Of a stretch of 45,970 nucleotides of DNA, positions 37,401 to 45,970 are shown piece by piece. The stretch lies in contig JAYWIR010000006.1 in NCBI GenBank assembly GCA_036172245.1, forward strand, positions 5,952,001-5,997,970, read 5' to 3'. Under the pieces are notes generated by a model that was not told the DNA's origin, made no database searches, and worked only from the letters and a program-made list of their open reading frames with translations. Position numbers and translations under genes: made by a program. Position 1 is the first letter of the stretch, and every line of letters begins with the position of its first letter. This DNA comes from Raillietiella orientalis. Taxonomy: Eukaryota.

Positions 37401-37708
37401 GACACGACGGCGCTCCACGCCCGCGCTGCAGCGGGGACCGGTTTTGTGGGGGCGGACGCCCCCACCTCCTTCGCCACTGAAGGCGACGTTGCCGCCGCCT
37501 CCTGGCACTCCACCTTCTCTAGAGGCGACGTTGCCGCCTCCACCTGGCACTCCATTTCTTCAGGAGGCGACGTTGCCACCGCCCTTGACTCGTACCGGTG
37601 GTCGCGTCAGGCATTGCTGCCTGATCTACCACCACCACAAACGAAGCCTACACCTAGGGACGTTTCCCGGCACGAGGAGCACCGAGGAAACACGTCCGCT
37701 CTAGCCGA
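34437..37708 (-). mobile_element. Copy C: 5' part of a Tx1-like element (ORF1 37614-35901; ORF2 from 35901, cut after WRPITIVHADYKLIVA)
   Basis: Leader GGACGTGTTTCCTCGG, CCHC knuckles (frameshifted), TAATG junction, endonuclease motifs LQEIH/NVYAP/AGDFN/SDH. Confidence 0.92.
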
Positions 37709-39850
37709 CGTAAAGCGTTCGACTACGTCGACTAGGAGCTCCTTCTGGAGGTCCTGGAACGCTTGGGATTTCCGGCCGTCTTCCTAGCCTACCTGCGCTC
37801 CTGCTGGTGCTTCGCGCTCATGAAGATCAATTTCAGCGGCCGGCACGTGTTCAACGTGCCGGTTCGTCGTTGCATCCGGCAGGGTGACAGCCTCAGCCCC
37901 CCGCTCTTCAGCATCTACTTTGAGTTGGTGCAGAGAGCATACAGGGAGACTTTGGCAACTCTGCCGAGCTCGTTTCCCGGCACGCCTCCCGTGTCGGCCT
38001 ATGCCGACGATCTTCTGCTCCTGCTTCCCGGGTCCACCCCGGCATCGGCGCTCGAGGATTTCTTCGAGTTGCTATACCGTGGGACAGGCCTCCAGGTAAA
38101 CAGGACGAAGTGGTCGTTGCTTCTCACCGACTCGACGAGGGCCGGACGGTCGCACTGGATCCGCTTGGGGATCACCACGGGCCGGTACATCAAGTACCTT
38201 GGCGTTCCATTGGGGGACTTCTGCTCTGCAGAAGCCTGGTCCGACCGTCTACAAAAAGTGGAGCTGGCGATCGGCCCGTTCCGGGACGGCAAGGTTCAAT
38301 TGCAGGAACGGGCCACGGTATGGAACGCTTTCACGACCCCCCTCCTTCGCCCCTTTCTTTTTGTGTGCCCTATCCCGTACCAATTCAGGACACGGACTAG
38401 GGGCCTTATACAGAAAGCCCTCTGGGGCAACCGGAGGCCCCGCGTCCGGCTCAAAGACTTTGGCGCTCCACGCAGGGACGGTGGACTTGGTCTACTGACG
38501 TTGGAGAGCATGGAGCGACAGCTCCAATTCAGAAAACTTGCCCTTGTGGCAAAGTTTTGGACAGCACCCTGGTGAGCACCGGCAGGACTCCTTGCTCACA
38601 GGGCAACCGGTTGCTTCGGATTGACTTCAATCCTGGTAGCCAACGAACGCAGCCTAAACCATTGTGGTTATCAGCAGCGGGATTTGTTCTCCCTTCTGAG
38701 AGACAACCCTTGGATCTTCTGCATCCCAGCGAACTGGAGTACCTGGCTTCAGAAGTCCGTTTCCGCATGGGCGAAGATCAATGGCACCAGCGATGAGAAC
38801 TTCTCCTGCCTCCGCAGAGGGAGGCACGCTGGTCAACCACTCCAGGAGATCGTTTACAGCCCAGGGAAACTTCTGTGGGCTTCCTTCACCCCCTTGCCTC
38901 AGTGCTGCGCTCCCTCAGGGAAGTTCGGGACAGCTACCAACAGGCATCGTGGGAAGTGTCCTGTCTCATCGGAAGCAGGAAAAAATCACTGAAGGCGTGG
39001 ACGCCGAGGGAACTAGCGGACGCTAGTACCCCGAGTGTACCGCCGTACGGACTTTTACGCTGGGGCGCGCTGCTCGGTATACCTCCGGAGGAGGTGAAGT
39101 GGCCCCCAGCGTCATGGGACAACGGTACCCTTCCCCTGCAGTGGCAGGAGACGGCGTTGCTTCTGCTCCACTTGGGACTTTTAAGCAGAGCACGCCTATC
39201 TCACTGGACAACGGGGAATGTGGATGCTAGTTGTGCAGAGTGCGAGGAAAGGGAGACCATCCCTCACTTGATTCTGGAGTGTGTTGCCCTCCGCAAAATG
39301 TGGGACAGAATCTCGTAGTTTCTCAGCATTCCGGAGGGTGACCCAAAAAATTTATTCAGACGCCTACTGACGCGAGACGGCTTGCCAGCCTCCGGGAGTG
39401 TAGCAGTGCTCTGCTGCATACGCGGTATCCTGGAGAAGTGGACCGCGTCTAGGAGAGGAAGGACCAGCCGGAATGCCATCCACTGGGCAGCGATCTACTT
39501 GGAGAAAGCGTGCCGTTGCGCCGACTTCAAAAACATTTGCCGGCACTTGTTCGCATCCGAAACCGGATGCTAAGACCTGCACACGGCGCACCGTGATCCC
39601 CTCCCTCCCTCCCCCTCCTTAAAAACATTTCCCTCCAGGCGTTTTTTTTTTTTGTTTTGTTTTCTGTTTATTTTCCCCGTCCAGGCGCCAGTGAAGGACT
39701 TCATCGGCCTACGGGTCGAAAAAGACAAGTGCTACGGAACTTCAATGAACGTCTGACGTCCGAAAAAGAAAAATTTTAAAAACATCGACCTTATTACAAA
39801 ATTTTGTGATGTCAAAATTTTAGTAATAAAAGCCCCGGCTTACCCGGGTG
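37709..39850 (+). mobile_element. Copy D: 5'-truncated divergent Tx1-like element (from RKAFD to the 3' end)
   Basis: Motifs QGDSL, YADD, KYLG and CAECEERETIPHLILEC; distinct 3' UTR; terminus AATAAAAGCCCCGGCTTACCCGGGTG. Confidence 0.92.
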
Positions 39851-39869
39851 AAAAACCTGCGCCAATGCC

Positions 39870-42470
39870 GCACGCGTTTTTGGTCAGCTCCCGTGAGCGA
39901 CGCCAAAACTAGGTGTTGTGTGGATTTCAAGTGCGGCCGTTGGAAGGCAGAAATGCCTTAAGACGCCGCAGTAACTGCGTCGGGAGACGTGAGACCCACG
40001 TCTCCCCAACCTATGAAAGTGGGGTCATGGCCCACCACAAAATTAGCACCCGCCACCCTGGCGAGGGCGTGGAACAAGGTGACCGCGGCTGCTCCGCCGG
40101 ACGTGGCCGCCGAAGTGCAGGCCTACATAAAGGAGGGCTTCATCCCTGCCCTCCTTTACAAGGTAGGAAACCTATATTCTCCGCTTACAACGCGGAAATT
40201 TGGAAACGCCATCCGTAGGATGGGAATCTCTGACTAGGAGATACTTTGCTTCTCGATTCAGAGCGGCGGGCAGTTCGCGGAGCTGATCTGCGGAGATGCA
40301 GCGCTCACACACAAACTGCTCTGCACAACCGTTCCGTTCGAAGGGCGGAATCTCCTCCCACACACGGTGGATCACTCTATGGTGGTCCATCTCACGGGTA
40401 CAACGGTGCGGATGACCGATGAAGCCATCCGCACTGAAATCAACAAGTTCGCGGAGATATACGCGATGTGGTCAAAGCCCGACGCCTTTACTTATCGAGG
40501 CGCATTCAGTGGGCGAGTGGCTGCACGCGTAACTCTCCGCGAAAACAAAGAACTTCCCCACAAGCTTGAAGTCAACGACGAGCTCGTCGACCTCTGGCAC
40601 GTGGGGAAGGAAAAATACTGTGGGCTGTGCAACACATTCGGGCATCTTAAAAAGAGATGCCCGGATGCCACATGCCCAACCTGCGGAGCGAAGGGCCACA
40701 CTAGTGCTGTGTGCCCGAAAACCGCCGCGACAACGCCTTCTGCCCCTTCGACAAACGAGGGGAAGAAGGCAAAATTTAAAGCAAAGAGCGATGGAAAGCC
40801 GACTTCAGAAGAAGTCGTGCACAAGGAGCAGGAGCCTCAAAAGGAGACTTCTGATACAAATGCCGACGAGGTAGGCTGGAAAATCGTCTCCGGCAAAAAA
40901 CCCAAACAAATTAAAAACTAAACAAAAAAATTCCCCACAAAAAACTCAAAAAATCAGAACGCGAGCGTTTCGAAAAAACCCGCGGTCGGCAAACCAAAAA
41001 TTCCGCGGCGCGAGTGCATAAAGGAATGCCGCGTTACAATCGAGCGCGTTCCGTCGATCGAGCGTCGATCGGCGAACGCGACTCCCGCAACCGTCGCGAA
41101 CGCCGCCGAACCGCCGCAGGAATCCTGCGACAAACACGCGAGCAGCAGCGACGAGAAAAACTTCGCGAAGGCGGCGGAGGAACTCGCGGCCACTTTAATG
41201 CAGCCGCCTAAGGCTGCAAAGAAGGCCGTCAGACGTCCGGCGGAAGTTAAGGGCTTGGAAACTTCCGGGTCCGAGGCGGAAACCGGGAACCCTCCCTCCG
41301 TCGCCCTTCCGAAGAGGAAGGCGGTCCGGAAGTCGCGCAACCCTATGCGCGTCGCTCCCCCTCAGGCTGAGGAGGAGGAGATGCGCTCGGATAGCGAGGA
41401 GGCGATGTCCGCGAGGTCGCGGGATCCCTCCATCGACAGCATCCGGTCGGTCCTTCCTATCGACCTCAGTCCGGCTGCAGACGTTCCGGTCGTTGCCGAA
41501 ACGCCACCACCGCAGATGGACAACGACCAGCCGCCTCCCGAACAGGAGGCGGCAATACACACGCCACCACCATCACTAGTATGATGCGTGGAATCGCCTC
41601 TTGCATGCAGCTGCGTATAGCCTGTTGGAGTGCCAACGGGCTGCGTAGCGAAAGCAAGAGGCTTAGCGTGGCCGACAACCTGCGACCTTTCGATCTGGCA
41701 CTTCTTGAAGAGGTGCATGCCCTCAGAGCAGAGGACGTCCAGGAAATCGAGAGGCTCACAGGGGGGAGGCTACTTTGGCGTGGTGGAGGAGACCACTCCC
41801 GCGGAGTGGCCTTTCTGCTGAAGACGGCCGTCGCCAATGCGGTGCGCAGTGCACAGTTCGACGAGGAAGGTCGAGTAGGACAACTTGTCCTTAAGTGTTC
41901 CGAATCGATCGACCTCGTAGTCACGAACCTGTACGTGCCCTGCACCAGCCACAGTCGCGCAGAACGCACTGCGTTCTTCGAAGCCCTGCGGCGAGACTGG
42001 CTGGCCGGAGCAGGCGTGCGGCGGGCGCATCTGATAGCGGGAGACTTCAACGTCCGCCTGCTGTCGGAAGCGCCCGACATACAAGCACAATTGGGCAACG
42101 AGTTATGTGCGGCTATGAACACACGCAACTTGTTGGCCGATGAAGCCGGAGCGAGAAGCAGAATCGACCACGTGTTCCTCGATAACCACTTGTGTACGCG
42201 GGTGGGGACTCAAGGAGCAAATGCGTCGGAGCTGTCCGATCACCCTAGGCTAGTGATCAACATTCACCCGCGCGACAGAGGTCCACCCTCCGAAGCGTGG
42301 CGCCTGCCGGGGGACTGGTTGCGACTCGCTGGAGCGCGCGAACATCTGCGCGCATTCCTGCGTAGTTGCGAACTGCAGACTCTCGCTGACTGGGACAAAA
42401 TAAAACGCTCAGTCCGAGACTTCTGTGACCAGTTTCCCCTCCATCAACTTCCTCCAGGTTTGGGCGATGC
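39870..42470 (+). mobile_element. Copy E: 5' part of a Tx1-like element (ORF1 39953-41584 disrupted; ORF2 endonuclease 41584-42470)
   Basis: Reads CGLCNTFGHLKKRC and CPTCGAKGHTSAVC; TGATG junction; LEEVH, NLYVP, AGDFN, SRIDH, SDH; cut after GLGDA. Confidence 0.92.
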
Positions 42471-44583
42471 CACCCGGATACGCCGGGACGTTTATTAAAA
42501 ACATTTCAACGGTCAATACAGAACGTGATACAAGGCCCCACTGACGGCCAAGTAATACCGGAACTGCCGGGACACCGGGACGCAGCCCGGTGTGGCTCTC
42601 CACGGTATTGGAGGGGGATGGGGGAGAAAACGAAAATAAAATAAAAGAGAAAAACAAGGCACAAAAAAGAGTTTGGAGGGCCGGGAAGGGATCACAGAAG
42701 ACTGCTGGGAGCGCCCATCCTTTGCAGGATGCCTTCTTGTTCCATTTTCAGTTTTCCTAGATTGGGCCATCGGGTAGCTCTCTGTAGGAAGCGAGAAGCA
42801 TACTCGATGACGTCCCTCACGATGCAGTCTTCATCTTCGGCATCACTCCAGGCCGCCAAGATACCACGAATGCAGCAAAGTGCTGCCAGGGCTGCGGCTG
42901 GACTGAGGGCGTCCCGTACGAAGACAAGACTGAAGACACATCCAACATTGCTACCATCCGGTATCCGGAGAACCGTTTTCAGACGATCCCATAGAATCTG
43001 GACGGTAGGGCATTCAACTAAGAGGTAGGGGAACGACTCCCGCTCCCCACACCTGGCACACGCAGGATTTACTCTTCCCCGCGTCCTGTGGAAACGGCGC
43101 TCGTTGCAGGGTAGATCCCAATGCAGCCACAGAAGCGCCGATTCTTGCTACTTCAGAAGAAGAATCCTGGATCCAAGCGGAAACGGGCGCCACTTCAGGT
43201 CATCCAATCGAATTCCGAGCAGCTCGCTCCATCTTCTTAATCCACGCGGCTGGAGAGTAGGGGTCGTTGCATCTGTCAACTCTCCCATGGTCCAGCCGCT
43301 CATCAACTTCTCTCTGCCTGCGATACGGCAGCAGACTTGCCACCTAGGCTTCCGGCTTTCGTGAAGCGCCCTTTGGAGGAAGGGCATCGCCGTAACAAGG
43401 GGTGTGCCTTCCGCCCACGTGCAACTCGGTAGAAATTCAAGAATTTCACGGAGAGTTCGGCGGGCGTAAAAGCCGACTCGCAGGCAGTTCATCCGGTCTT
43501 CGCACCTGTGGTTCTGCTTGGCCCAGGTGCCAGCAGTCTCTTCCAGCCAAGCGGAGGAGTTGGCAGGGCCACAAACCATCCAGTCGTTCTCCTTTGTTTG
43601 GGTTGCCATGCGGCCGAGCAGTAGACCGCATCTTCGAATCTTCCGGCCAGGGCACAGAAGAAACGATGCGAGTCCTTCGCGGCATGACACACGCCTGGCC
43701 AGGAGGCGGGCCGGAATGCACCAAGCGGTGCTTCACATCTTCGCTGCGATGGCGAGGGTCCGCCATCGCAGCTGGATTTCCACGCGCTCCAGCGTCAGGA
43801 TGCTGAGACCGCCGTCCCGACGCGGAGCGCACAAGTCCTTCAAAGGGACTCGGGGCCTCCCCTTGCCCCAAAGAGCTATGCGGAGGAGGTCCTTCGTCCT
43901 CTTCTTCGATTCCACGGGGGCGGGGCCAACAAATAGCAAGGGGCGGAGGATGGAGGCCGCGAAGGCGTTCCAAACCGCGGCCCGTTCCGGCAAGTGAAAC
44001 TTGCCTTCCAGGAACGGGCGATCGCCGTCTCGACTTTTTGGAGGCTGCTGGACCACGATTCCGCAGGAGATAATTCCTCCAACGGCACACCAAGGTACTT
44101 AAAGCACCTCGCCGTGGGGATCCCCAGACGGACCCAGTCCTGCTGCCCTGCCCACGCCGCACCCATTGGCACAACCGACGACTTCGCCCTGTTAACCTGC
44201 AGTCCGGTCCCGCGGCTGAGCAGATCGAAGAAGTCTCCGACCGCCTTTGCCGGGGTGGACATTGGCAACAAGAGCAGAAGATCGTCGGCGTACGCTGCTA
44301 CGGCGGGCGTGCCGGGCTACGAGCTCGGCAATGGGGCCAAGGTCACCCTGTACGCTCGCAGCACCAGCTCAAAGTAGGTGCTGAAGAGCAGGGTGCTGAG
44401 GCTATCTCCCTGCCTTATGCCCCGCCGCACCGGCACGCTATACACCTTGTGTCCACTGAAAGAGACGGTAATCATCGCATTCCGCCAGCAAGAGCGCAGG
44501 TAGGAAATCAGGGAGGGTGGGAAGCCCATGCGAACCAGGAGCTTCAAGAGGAGTTCCTGGTCTACACAGTCGAATGCCTTGCG
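42471..44583 (-). mobile_element. Copy F: 5'-truncated Tx1-like element (from RKAFD to the 3' end)
   Basis: Motifs QGDSL, YADD and KYLG; B-like C-terminus; terminus AATAAACGTCCCGGCGTATCCGGGTG. Confidence 0.92.
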
Positions 44584-45970
44584 TGCTGCAGGGTGGACGT
44601 GTTTTCTCGGTGCTCCTCGTGCGAGGAAGTCTCCCCCAGTGCAAGCGTCGTATGGTTCGGTGGTCGATCAGGCAGCGATGCCTGACGCGACCACCAGGGA
44701 TGGCCAGGGGGCAGCGGCAACGCCGCCCCCAGAGGCGATGGAGAGCCAGGGGGCGGCGGCAACGTCGCCCTCGAAGGCGATGGAGGTGGGGGCATCCGCC
44801 CCCACAGAATCGGTCCCCGCTGCAGCGCGGGCGTGGAGCGGCGTTGTGTCGGCGCCATCGCCTGCAGCCGCGGCGAAATTGTCGGCCTATGTAGAGGACG
44901 GGTACAACCCCTCATTATTCTACAAGGTAGGCAATTTATATTCTTTAGAAAGTGCGGGCGCCTTCTCGAAGGGCATGCGTGCTCTCGATGTGAAAGAGGA
45001 GGAGCTCAGCGCTATGACCATCCGCAGAGGAAGTCAGTACGTTGAGGTGATCTGCAAACAAGCAGAGCTGGCACAGCGACGGCTTAAAACCCCCTTGGTG
45101 ATGGGGACGCGCAGGCTCCTCCCTATTATGGCGGACCGCAGCATGGTGGTCCACCTGTTAAGTGTTACCGCGCGGATGCGCAAGGAACAGGTTCGCGCCG
45201 CGTTGGAGAAATACGGAACGGTCCACGCGCAGTGGACGAAAGTTAGTCCTTTCGAAGACTACACGGGGCTGCAACACGGCCTCACTGCTGCGCGCGTGAC
45301 CGTTCGAGGGGGCTGCACTCTTCCCCACAAACTGGTGGTCGAAGGCGAAACCGTCGACCTCTGGTATGTGGGGAAGCCGAAATACTGTGGCTTCTGCAAT
45401 GCGTCGGGCCTCCTCAAAAAGAGGTGTCCCAATGTGCAGTGCCAAGTATGCGGCACAATGGGCCGCACGAAGGAGGTGTGCCCAAAAGCAGCAGTGCGGG
45501 TGGTTTCCAAGAGAAACCTTAAAAAACGCGCCCGGCTTCTGCAGAAAAGGCTGGCGGCAAAAGCTGCCGCGAAGGCTGTTCCAACCGCGCCCAAGACCCA
45601 GGCCGCACCCGAGACCCCGGCGACCAGCGCCGAAAAAGTTGAGGGAGCCGGCCAGGAGACTGGGTGGCAAGTGGCAACGGCCAAAAAAACAAAGAAGGAG
45701 AGGAGGATGGAAAAGAAAATCGCCTACCAACAGAAGAAGAATGAGCAGGGAAGAGCGATAATTAAAGAGTGCAGCGTCGTTGTCGAACGCGTTCTCGCTC
45801 CCCTCTGTTGACACTGTCAATAGCGAGGGGAGCGAGCCGGCGGCGGCGTCCGTCATCGACACCACCATCGATGACGTAGCCTTCGCGCGAGCCGCGGAGG
45901 AGCTGGTAGCTTCGTTGCAGCCAGAACCCTCCAAGGCTGGCAAGAAGGCCGTAAGGCGTCCGGCCTCCCC
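44584..45970 (+). mobile_element. Copy G: 5' end and ORF1 (ATG 44678) of a Tx1-like element, continuing beyond the window
   Basis: Leader GGACGTGTTTTCTCGG. ORF1 closely resembles copy C; the knuckle histidines are substituted (CGFCNASGLLKKRC, CQVCGTMGRTKEVC). Frameshift near 45800. Confidence 0.9.

Noticed and set aside
26200..45943. Many long ORFs antisense to the retroelement copies
   Set aside because: Shadow frames of GC-rich coding sequence.

Overview
This is eukaryotic (probably invertebrate) genomic DNA dominated by one GC-rich non-LTR retrotransposon family of the L1/Tx1 type. Its ORF1 carries two CCHC knuckles; its ORF2 carries an APE endonuclease, a YADD reverse transcriptase and a C-terminal zinc finger. 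Right cluster (25.9-46 kb): seven abutting copies, labelled A to G, with orientations -,+,-,+,+,-,+. Five of six junctions are antisense, and two breakpoints in ORF2 are reused. Left cluster (0-16 kb): older 3' fragments of the same family, also alternating in orientation, plus a second degraded L1/Tx1 family, an AT-rich foldback element and two unclassified repeats. A ~1.4 kb mosaic of six Wolbachia-like gene fragments (IS4 transposase, Rpn, TPR, nuoB, ankyrin, IS110 transposase) lies between two copies of a 51-bp direct repeat inside one of those repeats. The 17-25.9 kb interval is AT-rich with no gene I can support, but it holds two fully paired 22-23 bp hairpins. No retroelement copy is intact. 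Best candidate new system: a self-targeting, antisense-nesting Tx1-like family with a tail-less 3' stem-loop terminus, in a piRNA-cluster-like locus that also stores endosymbiont fragments. All family calls come from motifs read by eye, not database searches, and boundaries of degraded pieces are approximate.
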